A stretch of DNA of 64,000 nt from an uncultured Alphaproteobacteria bacterium (GCA_963758815.1 CAVWWQ010000010.1:5488-69487), one strand, 5' to 3'. Counted from the stretch's first letter, positions 9,184-19,668 are shown. The notes: a model not told the origin generated them from the letters alone. Numbers and translations: made by a program.

Positions 9184-10699
9184 GCCTCTCTGCTGTTTGC
9201 GGCTTCGAGCACCAGATGCTCGTCCACACCACCTTTGAATTCGGCCACACTTCGCCCACCTTGCAAAACCACGATGCGGTCACACAAGCCGATGAGTTCC
9301 GGCATCTCACTTGATGCGAGCAAAATGCCAAGGCCTTGCGAGGCCAGCTGACGCAGGCGCGCATAGATTTCGCCCTTGGCACCAACGTCAACGCCACGCG
9401 TCGGCTCATCAAGCAGCAGCAGGCGCGGATTGCCGAGCACTTCCTTGGCAAGAACCACTTTCTGCTGGTTGCCTCCTGACAAAGCGCCCACCGCGATGGC
9501 CGGATTGCGTGGCCGTACATCGAATTGTTCCAGCGATTGCCTGATCGGCTTCTTCTTCCCTGCGGGACCGAGATAATCCAGTTCGGCGAGATGCGGCGGA
9601 TCACCGACATGACAAGATTGAGGCCCACCGACATGCGGAGCATGAGACCGCTTCCGCGCCTGTCATCCGTGACAAAGGAAATGCCCGCTTTGCGCGCATT
9701 GGCCACCGATTTGAGTTTGGCAGGCTTTCCATCGACGGTGATATCGCCCACCCAATGGCCCGGCACGCCGGTGCCATAGAGTGCGCTCAGCAATTCGGTA
9801 CGGCCCGCGCCCATGATGCCGGCAAGACCCACGATCTCGCCCTCGCGTACATCGAGCGTGATATTTTCCGGCGTTTGCCAACCAGCGGCATTGCCGCTTG
9901 GCCGGAAACTCGCTCCCTTCAAATGCAAGAGAGTCTTGCCAGTCTCCTTTGCGCGCTGGGGATAGAGATCTTCCAGCGGCCGCCCCACCAGCAGCCGTAC
10001 CAGTTCCGCCTGTGGTGCATCGGGCCTTGTCACGCCGGCCACGCGCGCGTCCCGCATGACAGTAACGCGGTCGGCTATGCGCGGAACCTCTTCAAGCCGG
10101 TGCGAGATGTAGATGATGCCCACACCGCTTGCCGCGAGCTTGCGCATGATTCCAAACAGCCGATCGACCTCGCCAACCGTCAAGGCAGCCGTCGGCTCAT
10201 CCATGATCAGTACCTTGGTGGCATAGGAAAGCGCCTTGACGATGGCGACAACCTGGCGCTGGCCAACGGAAAGTTCCGAAACCCGGCGGGCAGGATCAAT
10301 GCCGAGATCGATGGCCTCCAGCCGCTTCTGCGCTTCGCGCAGCATGGACGCATTGTCAACCAGCGTGCCCACATGCATGAGCTCGTGGCCCAGAAACAGA
10401 TTGGCCGCCACATCAAGGCCGGGCACCAAATCAAGCTCCTGGAAAATTGTGGCGATGCCAGCCGCCTGCGCGTCGCGCGGGCTGGCAAAGCGCACGGGTT
10501 TGCCAGCCAGCCGGATAGTACCTTCATCTGGCACGTAAACGCCGGATAGAAGATTCATCAGCGTCGATTTGCCGGCGCCATTTTCGCCCAACAAGGCATG
10601 GATTTCTCCTGCCTTGACATCAAAATCAACGCCACGCAACGCCTGCACGCCACCGAAACGTTTTACCGCGCCCGCGACTGAAAGAATGGCTTCAGTCAT
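9180..10699 (-). CDS. Sugar ABC transporter ATP-binding protein (RbsA-like); one frame break near 9560
   Basis: GENGAGKS and MDEPT in the first frame; LSGGNQQK and LDEPTRGVD in a second frame (9180..9491). Confidence 0.9.
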
Positions 10700-11775
10700 G
10701 ATGGAGCCCTGCATGAAGCGCGTATTTTAAGGTTGGGATCAAGGCGCAGCGTCTGCCTTGCGCCCTCCGGGTCAGCAATACGCTCGACAAGAAGGTTGGC
10801 CGCCTGTTGACCGATGTCATTGCACGGCTGGGCCACCAACGTGAGACGCGGCTCGAAATAGTCCGCCCATTCAAAATCATCGATTCCCAGAATACTTATG
10901 TCGCGCGGCACGTGAAGATTCCTCTCCCGCGTCGCCCGCATGATTCCGATCATCGTCAAGTTGTTGTTGGCAATAATCGCCGTGGGCGGCGTCGCCAGGG
11001 AAAGCATCTTGTGCGCCGAGACCGCGGCCTCTCCTGTATTGCCGTTGCTGCGGCTCACATATCCTTCCGGCACATCTAGCCCATGTGCGGCCATGGCCCT
11101 GCGGAAGGCATACGCGCGCTCCCTTGTCGTGGTGAATCCCGGCTGGCCCGTGATGAAGCCGACTCGTCCGTGGCCCATGCCCACGACATGATCGACCAGT
11201 GAGGAAATCGCTTCCTGGTTGTTGACGCCGACCTGATCGAAGCGCGGATCGGCAAAGCGATCGACGAGCACGCAAGGTACACGCTTTTGAATAAGGTAAT
11301 CGAGGGTCTTCTCTGGCGATGGTGATGGCGCAAGGATAATCCCATCGACACGGCGCTGATGCAGCTGATGGATGACAGCAAGCTCGCGTTCGGGCTCGTC
11401 CTGGGTATCGCAGAGGAACACGGTGAGATCACGCCGCGAACACTCGGCCTCAACGGCGCAAATAATGTCACTGAAATAAGGATTTGAAATTGCAGAAATC
11501 GCCAATCCAACGGTACTGCTCGAAGAAAGCTTCAGAGAACGTGCAATCGTGTTGGGAATGTAGCCGACCTCGGCAATTACCTGGGATACGCGATCTGCCT
11601 TTTCAGGCGACACATATCGCGTCTTGTTCAGGACATGCGACACGGTCGAAACTGAAACGCCCGCGATCTTTGCCACTTCGGCAATCGTCGTCACGGTTCT
11701 GACATGCAAATCAGCCGGCGCGCTGGCTCGCGTGTGCTCAAATGCTCCTCCCAAATTCGGCTTTTTTGGACTCAA
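10696..11775 (-). CDS. LacI family transcriptional regulator (true start possibly GTG 11694)
   Basis: TIAEVAKIAGVSVSTVSHVLN HTH, YIPNTIARSL hinge and sugar-binding domain. Confidence 0.93.
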   Translation of the reverse strand: MSPKKPNLGGAFEHTRASAPADLHVRTVTTIAEVAKIAGVSVSTVSHVLNKTRYVSPEKADRVSQVIAEVGYIPNTIARSLKLSSSSTVGLAISAISNPYFSDIICAVEAECSRRDLTVFLCDTQDEPERELAVIHQLHQRRVDGIILAPSPSPEKTLDYLIQKRVPCVLVDRFADPRFDQVGVNNQEAISSLVDHVVGMGHGRVGFITGQPGFTTTRERAYAFRRAMAAHGLDVPEGYVSRSNGNTGEAAVSAHKMLSLATPPTAIIANNNLTMIGIMRATRERNLHVPRDISILGIDDFEWADYFEPRLTLVAQPCNDIGQQAANLLVERIADPEGARQTLRLDPNLKIRASCRAPS

Positions 11776-11810
11776 GGCCCACCGTGGAGCACGAAACTAG
11801 CGTCATCGAT

Positions 11811-11826
11811 ACGTTTGCGCAAACGT
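11811..11826. promoter_or_regulatory. Candidate LacI-family operator
   Basis: Perfect 16-bp palindrome ACGTTTGCGCAAACGT with central CG, upstream of the lacI-ABC operon. Confidence 0.7.
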
Positions 11827-11996
11827 TTTCTTATGGGAATAGTTTGGATTGAGAAAATATGCAAAGGCTCCCGGCTAGGAAATATCCCTGCCCATTAAGG
11901 TCAAATCCCGGCGCGATGGACGGCACCTCATGCTTGCGTTAATCGCCTAAACAAAGTCCGCAAACCGTGCAGTTTGCGTGACACGTAGGGAATGGA

Positions 11997-13610
11997 ATGA
12001 CGTTCAGTGGCCGGGACAGAGTTGTGCTTATCTGCAGCACCTGTCTGTTTATCATTCTTCTGGCGATGTGCCTGTGCGTGGCTCGGAACTCGCTCAAAGA
12101 ATTTTTCTTTACATTGATTTCATCTGCCTTGCTCCTCGGGCTCCTGCTGTCGATCAGCAATCGCTTCCTGAGGACCGTTTTGGTCGATGTCTTTTTCATG
12201 TTTTCAGCGGCGTCGTTCTTTGCGCGCGAAGTCTACACATACGTCAGCAAGGACATGATTCTGGCCACTGTGGGCGTGGACTGGCATGTGTCCATCGGAC
12301 TTGTTCAGACCATCGATCAAAAATATGTGGTTGCGTTTTTTGGCTTCATGCTCCTGGTATCCGCGCTCGCGTACCATTCCCATGTATTCATTCCCGGCAG
12401 GCTGAAGTTCCTGTTACTCCCGCTGCCGCTGCTGGTATCCCTCATGGAACCCGTCCGGCTGACCTGGCTGAGCCAGGGTCCGCGCAACTTTGTCATCAAC
12501 AATGTCTATTCGCCGGCCTTCATGGCGCAGGATTATCTGGACATCTATCGCATTTTCTGGGGCGACGCCGTCGCGGCAGTGTTGATCGGCGTCGAGCAGT
12601 TTGCCGACCGGATGAAATACTTCCGGATCCCTCATCCCACATTTCCCAATTATGTGACCAAGGTGGCGGATGGCGATGACAAGGTCATTTTTGTCATCGG
12701 CGAAGCATCCAATGTCAAAAGATACAGTGCCTATGGCTATGACGTACCGACGACGCCAAACCTTGATGCCATGCTGAAGAATGGCAACATCTGCATCGTT
12801 CAAAAGGTGCATTCGTCAACACCGACGACGCGGACTTCTGTTCCCATGTATGTCTCTTTTGCGACGCCACAAAACCGCGATTTCCTGTTTGCCTATAAAA
12901 ACATCCTCGAGATGGCATCCCTCAACGGCTACCGTACCTACTGGATCGGTTCACAGACGCTCGACACCTTATGGGACAAGACCTATGGCTTCGTTGCGAA
13001 ATACGCCGATGTGCTGGCCACACCTTCCGCCAACACCACAAAATTCGTCGTCAATTCGACCAAGGATGACGACCTTATCGCGCCGATCCATTTCTACTTC
13101 CGCAACGCCGCTAAGAAATCGTTCTTCATTATCCATCTTTCCGGAAATCATCTGTCATATGACCGGAATCTCGATCCCGAAGACAAGGCAGCCCTGCCGG
13201 ATGCAGATGACTATGACAAATCAGTCCATCATGTGGACCGCACCCTGCGCGACATCATGGAAGAAGCCGACAGGGACTTTCATGACTACCAGCTTGTGTA
13301 TTTGCCCGATCACGGTGAGGCCGTGAATTACGGCCATGGCTTCAGCACGAAATTCAACGAGATGTATCTGATCCCGCTGCTTGCCAACAGCCGCGGTTCC
13401 TGTGATGAAGTGGAACGCATGCGTGGTGTGGATGGCTATGTGCCCGGCCAGGCGGTCAAATATCTCATCCTCAAATTGCTGGGTTATCAGATCGATGACA
13501 GTGCCATACGTGACACCCAAAGGCATTCCTTTGAAGTGCTGACCGGCGATGAACAGATCATCGACTTCCGGAACCTCGCGGCCTGCCAGTCAAAGGATTG
13601 CCCGGACTGA
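11997..13610 (+). CDS. Phosphoethanolamine transferase (EptA/CptA/YbiP-like sulfatase fold)
   Basis: N-terminal TM helices; VIGEA, TTRTSVP, HLSGNH, PDHGE and YGHG motifs. Confidence 0.85.
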   Translation: MTFSGRDRVVLICSTCLFIILLAMCLCVARNSLKEFFFTLISSALLLGLLLSISNRFLRTVLVDVFFMFSAASFFAREVYTYVSKDMILATVGVDWHVSIGLVQTIDQKYVVAFFGFMLLVSALAYHSHVFIPGRLKFLLLPLPLLVSLMEPVRLTWLSQGPRNFVINNVYSPAFMAQDYLDIYRIFWGDAVAAVLIGVEQFADRMKYFRIPHPTFPNYVTKVADGDDKVIFVIGEASNVKRYSAYGYDVPTTPNLDAMLKNGNICIVQKVHSSTPTTRTSVPMYVSFATPQNRDFLFAYKNILEMASLNGYRTYWIGSQTLDTLWDKTYGFVAKYADVLATPSANTTKFVVNSTKDDDLIAPIHFYFRNAAKKSFFIIHLSGNHLSYDRNLDPEDKAALPDADDYDKSVHHVDRTLRDIMEEADRDFHDYQLVYLPDHGEAVNYGHGFSTKFNEMYLIPLLANSRGSCDEVERMRGVDGYVPGQAVKYLILKLLGYQIDDSAIRDTQRHSFEVLTGDEQIIDFRNLAACQSKDCPD

Positions 13611-13642
13611 CCCGTCTTTCCGAAACAAAAGAAACTGGCCTT

Positions 13643-13684
13643 AAAAAAAGCGGGAAGAACCGTTTCCGGTTCTTCCCCATTTCT
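13643..13684. terminator. Bidirectional intrinsic terminator
   Basis: Stem GGGAAGAACCG-tttc-CGGTTCTTCCC with an A-tract left and T-rich tail right, between convergent genes. Confidence 0.75.
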
Positions 13685-13710
13685 CAGAAAATCTATCTGA
13701 CGATGTGGAA

Positions 13711-14456
13711 TCAGTGGCGTGCGCAATAATGGCGCAACGTCGAATCCACTGGACCTCCGGCGCCCATGATCTTGATGCACAGCTTCTTGATGTCTGCGTC
13801 AGACAGGGAAGCTACATCGTTGTTATTGTTAGGGCCAGGAGGATGCGGCACTGGGCGTGGGTTTGGGCCAGGTGTCGGGACGATAGTTGCCACACCGCAG
13901 CCAGAGCCCACCGACACGCAGAGGTTGAGGAGCTTGAGCTTGGGCAGCAACGCAATTTTGCCGTTGAGCACATTGATCAGCGTTTTTCTGTCATTGGTGC
14001 TGCAGCCGGAACCTCCGCCCGCCGACACGCAAAGTTTGACCAACTTGTTCTTGGGCAAGGCGTCAACATTTGCTACGATCGTGTTCAACGATACCTTGCT
14101 CGCGGCGTTGGCAAGAGAACCATCGCCAAGCGTTGTGCCGAGCACGCTGCCAAGGGCATTGGTGGTTTGATTTACAGTTGTGCCCAGGCCGGTGGTGTTG
14201 TTGGATGACAGCAGGCCTGTACCGAGCACGCCACCTGTGCTTCCGATGCCAAGAGCACCACCGGTGCTGGTGGAACTGCTTCCACTCCCAGTAGAGGGAG
14301 CTGGAGGTGCTGCTTCCGCCGCCGCCAAGTCCCAGGCCACCGCCTCCAAGCCCCAGCGCCGCCGCCTCCACCCAGGAGGCCGGCGGATGCAGGGCCTTGG
14401 GCCAAGGCAATCATTGTCGTTGCAATAAGTACCAGTTTCACACTCTTATTCATCAT
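13711..14456 (-). CDS. Secreted Gly/Ser/Thr-rich hypothetical protein with three Cys pairs; apparent frame breaks near 14357 and 14297
   Basis: Signal peptide (ASA) in the frame from 14456 with a GGGAG RBS; LGLGGGG repeats in a second frame; body in 13711..14349. Confidence 0.65.
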
Positions 14457-14556
14457 TTACTCCCTTACATTGGCAAAGAAGCGAGGATGGCTTCGTTGCG
14501 TTCTTCAATTTGCCGGCACCGTGCACGGTTCATTGAATTCTTTTGCGATGCGCGCT

Positions 14557-16281
14557 TCATTGCACCAGCACCGCTGAGGCACAGTCCGTGCCGTTGATCC
14601 AGACATCCGCCTGACCGACCTTGACGCCCGCGAGCGCGAGCGTGTTGTAGATCACCTGATCGATGGTGGGCGTGAGTGGCGTGAGTGTGCCCTTGAGAGC
14701 GGCCGTCACGCTGCCCGCATTCAGCGAAAGGCCCATGGCGTTCACAGTGAGATTGAGATTGCCCAGCAGCGAATTCGTGAGCGAGCTGGTAAAATTGCTG
14801 GTGGAAACCGTTTTTACGGCATGGCTGGTGATGTCACTTGTGGAGAAAGTCACATCCGTCGGACTCTGATTGCCGATGGCGACATAAGAACTGCCCGTGA
14901 CACGCAACAATGACGCGTTGATCAGCGTCGCCGGGTTCACCACCACATCGCTTGAGAGGTCGTTCATCGCTGCTGTGCTGACATCGCCGATCCAAAGCCC
15001 GGCAATGCCAGGCTGAACGCCGAGTTGAACGGAATCAGCCGATGCTCCAGTGTTCGAGCACTGGACGGATTCGAGTTGCGCCTGGGCGCGGGCCACATCG
15101 AGATAGACGGGCAGACGGATCATGAGGCCCGACAGCAACCCCGTGCCACCTACTTGCGCCACAAGGCTCATGCGGGTCTGCGCCGTGTATACCATGGTGC
15201 CAGCTTCACCCATGGTGAGCCATCCGGAGTTTTGTGCCGGTTCGCCGATGGAGAGGTTGAAAGATGTCTGGGCCAAGCCCGGAATGCTTGCGCCCAGATT
15301 GACTTGCACCTGGTGCTGACCGCCGAGAAGCGCGCCTGCGTTCAGCATGTCCAGCACACTGGCCGACAACTGCACCGCGTTGTGAGGCTGGCCTACCAGT
15401 AGGTTTCCAACATCCCCGAGATCAAAGAGCTGAGACAAAGGCACTTTGACATTGGAACTCGCAGTCTGGCCGGCAATACTATTCAGGATGCCCGACGTGG
15501 ACGTGGGCAGGCTGTTGACCGCAGACAACTGGCGGGCAAGATCTGAATAGCTGATGGAATTGGCGAGCAGGGAATCATAGGTTCCAGCAGTAACGCCCAA
15601 TTTGACGCCAATTGCATCAAGGAGAGGCAGCACGTCGACCCGCGCCGACAGCAGCGCGTTGTAATCCATCACATTCAGCGAGATGTTTGTGCCTAGAACG
15701 CCTGAGAGAATTTGATTGAGAATCCCGCCATTGAGGCTGGCCAGGCGCGAGCCCACGGAAAATGAAGCCAGGGCCTCCTTGCGGGCGACAGCAGACACCT
15801 GAACGACAGGTGGAGTTGCAAAAAATGACGCAAAGAACAGCCGGCTGGTCTTCTGAACCGTGACGCGTGCCGCATTTGAATTGCTGGCACCGCTCTTGAA
15901 GCGCTGGTCGGTGGTGACTGCCGGGTCTGGCGAATAGCGCCCCGTTTCCACCACCACCTGAGGTGTCGCGGTATCGATGTAGGAATCGGATCCGCTCCCG
16001 GGAGTAGAGGAAGGCGGAGGCAGGACATTATTGTCCTGCAGCGACATATTCGCGGCGACCTGGGCCTTGGCCAGATTGTTGGCTGCGACGATCGCGGCGA
16101 CATCGGCATTGCCCTGCAATGTCCGTTTGTCAAAATAGACTGATGCCTCGTCGACGCCAAAAGCCGTGAACATGAAAATCACGGTTGCCATAAGGGCCGA
16201 CATCACGGCGACGTTGCCCCGGTCCTCACCGAAGGATCGCAACCTAGATGCCCACTTCAGCACCAGCTCGTTTGGCCGCAT
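14557..16281 (-). CDS. TadG-like pseudopilin with large C-terminal domain
   Basis: Prepilin-like EDRG/NVAVMSAL, hydrophobic helix, KRTLQGNADVAA motif, NAARVT. Confidence 0.8.
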   Translation of the reverse strand: MRPNELVLKWASRLRSFGEDRGNVAVMSALMATVIFMFTAFGVDEASVYFDKRTLQGNADVAAIVAANNLAKAQVAANMSLQDNNVLPPPSSTPGSGSDSYIDTATPQVVVETGRYSPDPAVTTDQRFKSGASNSNAARVTVQKTSRLFFASFFATPPVVQVSAVARKEALASFSVGSRLASLNGGILNQILSGVLGTNISLNVMDYNALLSARVDVLPLLDAIGVKLGVTAGTYDSLLANSISYSDLARQLSAVNSLPTSTSGILNSIAGQTASSNVKVPLSQLFDLGDVGNLLVGQPHNAVQLSASVLDMLNAGALLGGQHQVQVNLGASIPGLAQTSFNLSIGEPAQNSGWLTMGEAGTMVYTAQTRMSLVAQVGGTGLLSGLMIRLPVYLDVARAQAQLESVQCSNTGASADSVQLGVQPGIAGLWIGDVSTAAMNDLSSDVVVNPATLINASLLRVTGSSYVAIGNQSPTDVTFSTSDITSHAVKTVSTSNFTSSLTNSLLGNLNLTVNAMGLSLNAGSVTAALKGTLTPLTPTIDQVIYNTLALAGVKVGQADVWINGTDCASAVLVQ

Positions 16282-16282
16282 G

Positions 16283-16801
16283 TCAGACGCCGCCTATACG
16301 AATGCTCACCCGCCGGGTGATGTGCGGATCAGGCAAAAGATAAGTGGGCAGCAGCGTCCAGATCGGCAGACTGGTGGAATCATAGGAAACGGAAACCGCC
16401 AGCTGGTTGGCGTCGGCGGGTGCGGCCCCCACGGTGAAGGTCAACTTCTGGGGATCGACAAAAATGTAGCCGCTGCCATTGTTGGTGATGTAGCTGGTCA
16501 CAAGCTGCTTGCGCTCGGTGTCATTGATTCCGGCAACCGCAACACGGGCGGCATCGGCCGCGAGCTCCTGGACTGAGTGCGCCGCACCAAAGAAGACGGC
16601 ATAGGCAATCATGCCAAAGACCAGCAGCACGAAGACCGGGGCCACCAGGGCAAATTCAATGGCAGCTGCGCCGGATTCATTGGGAACGAGCGCGCGGGGA
16701 ACGAGCGCGCGCGCCTGGCTGCTGGCACCGCCGCGACACATCTGAATTCTGCCGCCGAATAGAAACGCTGGAAAAAAGACGTCCCGCGCCTGCATCACCA
16801 A
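16283..16801 (-). CDS. TadE-like pseudopilin
   Basis: ESG/AAAIEFALVAPVF and AADAAR motifs; start uncertain (16801 or 16741). Confidence 0.88.
   Translation of the reverse strand: MVMQARDVFFPAFLFGGRIQMCRGGASSQARALVPRALVPNESGAAAIEFALVAPVFVLLVFGMIAYAVFFGAAHSVQELAADAARVAVAGINDTERKQLVTSYITNNGSGYIFVDPQKLTFTVGAAPADANQLAVSVSYDSTSLPIWTLLPTYLLPDPHITRRVSIRIGGV
16682..16711. repeat. Exact 15-bp tandem duplication
   Basis: GGGAACGAGCGCGCG x2, encoding RALVP-RALVP in the TadE leader. Confidence 0.9.
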
Positions 16802-17578
16802 CCATCCTTACTTACGCAACACACGCGGCTCAGGGTGATGTACGCGAGTTAATGTCCTCTTCTTAAATCATTGAAATTACACGATAAATATCTTATTTGT
16901 TGAATGCGCCAATTATGCTTCGCAAAATGTCTTGCCCATAACGCCCGTTATTCCCCCATGCAAAATTGATTGTCTCTGTGGCAATCGTGGTCTGGATCGT
17001 GGCAACAATGCCGATGGTGCCGCATGAGGTTTTTCACTCCGTCTGCCGGGTCTGATCTCTCGATCTCCGAGACTGGTCTGACTTCCAGAAAATCAGAATA
17101 TTCCCAAGACTGTTGAGCAGCTTGTCGTTTGGTTCTGAGGTTCATCCGCATACGGAGGTTTCCATCCCACCGGTGATTCGCCTCTTCCTGCAAACGCACA
17201 CCCGAGAATCACTTTTCCGACATTGCCGTGATGCGCGCTTTGCTTATCTGCTGGTCCTGCTGCATCGCACCAAGAACAGAGTCAAAATTCCAGTTTCTGA
17301 AATCGTGCCTCGACTCTTTGAATTTCCTCAGAAATTACAATTTCACATTGTTGCTCCTGCTTCTGAATTGCGGGACGGCTTGCGCTCAGCGAAATTCGGT
17401 ATCGTCAAATAGAATTTATTCTGTTCGTAAAAAGCAATATCTTGTTCAAGTTTTCGCGTGCACAATAACCAATTATCCGGTCTCGGCAGGTCGAAAGACC
17501 GATCGGATTAGGCAGGGCCCGAGACAGTCGGCCAAGCGGCTAGCTTTTTCCCGGGTCATTAAAACTGGGGAACTGACA

Positions 17579-18379
17579 ATGACGACCGTCCAAAATGACG
17601 ATGTTGGCAATCGCTACACTATTCAGTCTGTGGATGTGGCACTTCATGTGCTGCAGAAAATGGCTGACCATGGCAAACCACTGACGCTCAGCGAACTCAG
17701 TGAAATCAGCCATGAGCCTGCCAGCAAACTGCACCGCTATCTTTCAACATTCAGCCTGATGGACTTCGTGGTCCAAAACCAGAAGCATGGAACCTATGCC
17801 CTGGGCCGTGGCTGCATCCAGCTCGGCCTCGCCGCCATGCGGCAGGTCGACCTGTTCTCGCGCGTGGATTCGGGATTGCAGATGCTGGCAGAAGACACCT
17901 CGTGCCACAGCTTCATTGCGATCTGGACCATGGCGGGGCCTATCATCGTACGCTGGGTCTATTCGCAAGATTCAACTGTCGTGAACATCGTTCCGGGGCA
18001 CATGTTGCCAGTGACGCGCTCGTCGGCTGGCAGAGTCTTTGCAGCCTTTCTCTCCCACGCCCAAACCGAGCCCTTCATCAAACGCGAGCTGACGCCCTTT
18101 GGCGAAGACCCCGACTATGAAAAGCTCATCCGCAAACGCATCGCCGATGTGCTCAACGACCGCCACGCCATTTCGCGCGGCGAGTTTGAATCACATCTGA
18201 AATCGATCTCGGTGCCGATCCTCGACTGGCACGACAGTTCGATTGTGGTGGCGGGCTGCATGATGTCGGTCGACGCCGATGAAAACCGCACACATGCGGT
18301 TCTTAGCATCCTGAAGAAATTCGCGGATGAGCGCTCGCTGCGCCCGGCGCTCAATTTCTTCGCCGCGGGAAGCGCATGA
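17579..18379 (+). CDS. IclR family transcriptional regulator
   Basis: IQSVDVALHVL, SKLHRYL HTH, YALG and SSAGRVF; GGGG RBS before ATG 17579. Confidence 0.9.
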   Translation: MTTVQNDDVGNRYTIQSVDVALHVLQKMADHGKPLTLSELSEISHEPASKLHRYLSTFSLMDFVVQNQKHGTYALGRGCIQLGLAAMRQVDLFSRVDSGLQMLAEDTSCHSFIAIWTMAGPIIVRWVYSQDSTVVNIVPGHMLPVTRSSAGRVFAAFLSHAQTEPFIKRELTPFGEDPDYEKLIRKRIADVLNDRHAISRGEFESHLKSISVPILDWHDSSIVVAGCMMSVDADENRTHAVLSILKKFADERSLRPALNFFAAGSA

Positions 18380-18388
18380 AACAAGAGG

Positions 18389-19021
18389 CTAGGCTGGCTC
18401 TGCCACCTTTGCGGGTTGCAGGCCGCCCTGCTTCTCGATGAAGGCCACAATGTCATCGACGCCCTTCAGGCGAAGAAGGTCGCTGAAGACAAAAGGCCGC
18501 GCACCGCGCTGGGCCTTGGCGTCATGCGCCATGATGTCGAGATCGGCCATGACGTGGGGGGCCAGATCGGCCTTGTTGATGATCAGCAGGTCAGAGCGGG
18601 TGATGGCCGGGCCGCCCTTGCGCGGGATCTTTTCGCCCTGGCAGACCGAGATCACATAGAGCGTGATGTCGGCCAGTTCCGGCGAGAACGTCGCAGACAG
18701 ATTGTCGCCACCGCTTTCGATGAAGATCACATCAAGACCGGGATGGCGTTTCACCATGTCATCAATGGCGGCGAGATTGATCGAGGCGTCTTCGCGGATG
18801 GCGGTATGCGGGCAGCCGCCGGTTTCCACGCCCATGATGCGGTCCTCGGGCAGCGCCTGCAGGCGGTTGAGGATCAGCGCGTCTTCCTTGGTGTAGATGT
18901 CATTGGTGATGGCGGCGACCGAATAGGTATCCCGCATCGCCTTGCAGAGTTTTTCGGTGAGCGTGGTCTTGCCGGAGCCGACCGGGCCGCCAATGCCGAC
19001 GCGCAGGGGACCATTTCTCAT
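18389..19021 (-). CDS. ureG: Urease accessory GTPase
   Basis: [27 protein letters not shown]. Confidence 0.97.
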   Translation of the reverse strand: MRNGPLRVGIGGPVGSGKTTLTEKLCKAMRDTYSVAAITNDIYTKEDALILNRLQALPEDRIMGVETGGCPHTAIREDASINLAAIDDMVKRHPGLDVIFIESGGDNLSATFSPELADITLYVISVCQGEKIPRKGGPAITRSDLLIINKADLAPHVMADLDIMAHDAKAQRGARPFVFSDLLRLKGVDDIVAFIEKQGGLQPAKVAEPA

Positions 19022-19668
19022 GTGCGGAATATCCGTGGGCTCAAGAATTCATGCTGCATCGAGGCGATATCGGCGCCCATGGTGGCGCTGGCAAGATCTT
19101 CAAGTTTTGCCTTGGAGGCGCGTTCCGCCATGCGTTCGATGACTGGGGCAAGATTGCGCATGATCTCAAGCCCCTTGGTCTGGCCCAGCGGCACGAGGCG
19201 GACAGCCACAGAAACCTGCGCTGCGCAAAAGCTTTGCAGGAAGGCGAGCAATGCTTCCTGGCAGGCAATGCCTGCCGCCTGGCACGCCGTGCCGGCGGCC
19301 ACCGGATAGGCGAGGCCTTCCTTGGGCATGAAGGCCTGCAGCCAGACACTGGCGGCATTACAGAAATTGAGGCCGAGCTGCATGCTTTCCTGATAGCGTT
19401 CCGCCGTGCCCGCCAGGGCCTTGGCGAACTCATTGAGATGTGCCGTGTTTTCATGCCAACAGCGGGCAAAGAGCACGGCATCATTCCAGGCCGAGCCCCA
19501 TTCCAGCATGTCGGTGATCCAGCCTTCGACATCGGTGGCCGAGCGCAGCTTGCCGCCCGCAATCGCCTGCTCCATGCCACTGGAATAGGCAAAACTGCCG
19601 ATCGGAAAGGTGGGCGACATCCAGTTGAACAGCATCAGCAGCTTGGATGCGTCAGTGAGCATGGGCAT
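19018..19668 (-). CDS. ureF: Urease accessory protein UreF
   Basis: [25 protein letters not shown]-terminal RIFRT. Confidence 0.93.
   Translation of the reverse strand: MPMLTDASKLLMLFNWMSPTFPIGSFAYSSGMEQAIAGGKLRSATDVEGWITDMLEWGSAWNDAVLFARCWHENTAHLNEFAKALAGTAERYQESMQLGLNFCNAASVWLQAFMPKEGLAYPVAAGTACQAAGIACQEALLAFLQSFCAAQVSVAVRLVPLGQTKGLEIMRNLAPVIERMAERASKAKLEDLASATMGADIASMQHEFLSPRIFRT

Noticed and set aside
11997-13610. Mobile colistin resistance (mcr) gene
   Set aside because: Only family-level catalytic motifs; no IS or PAP2 context and a different membrane domain.
16849-16866. CtrA box upstream of tadE
   Set aside because: TTAA half-sites are 10 bp apart rather than the consensus 7.
18416-19309. 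Long antisense ORFs (also 6061..6849, 31203..32135, 32194..33411, 40339..41481, 59740..60762)
   Set aside because: Shadow frames opposite well-supported genes, expected in high-GC coding DNA; no motifs.
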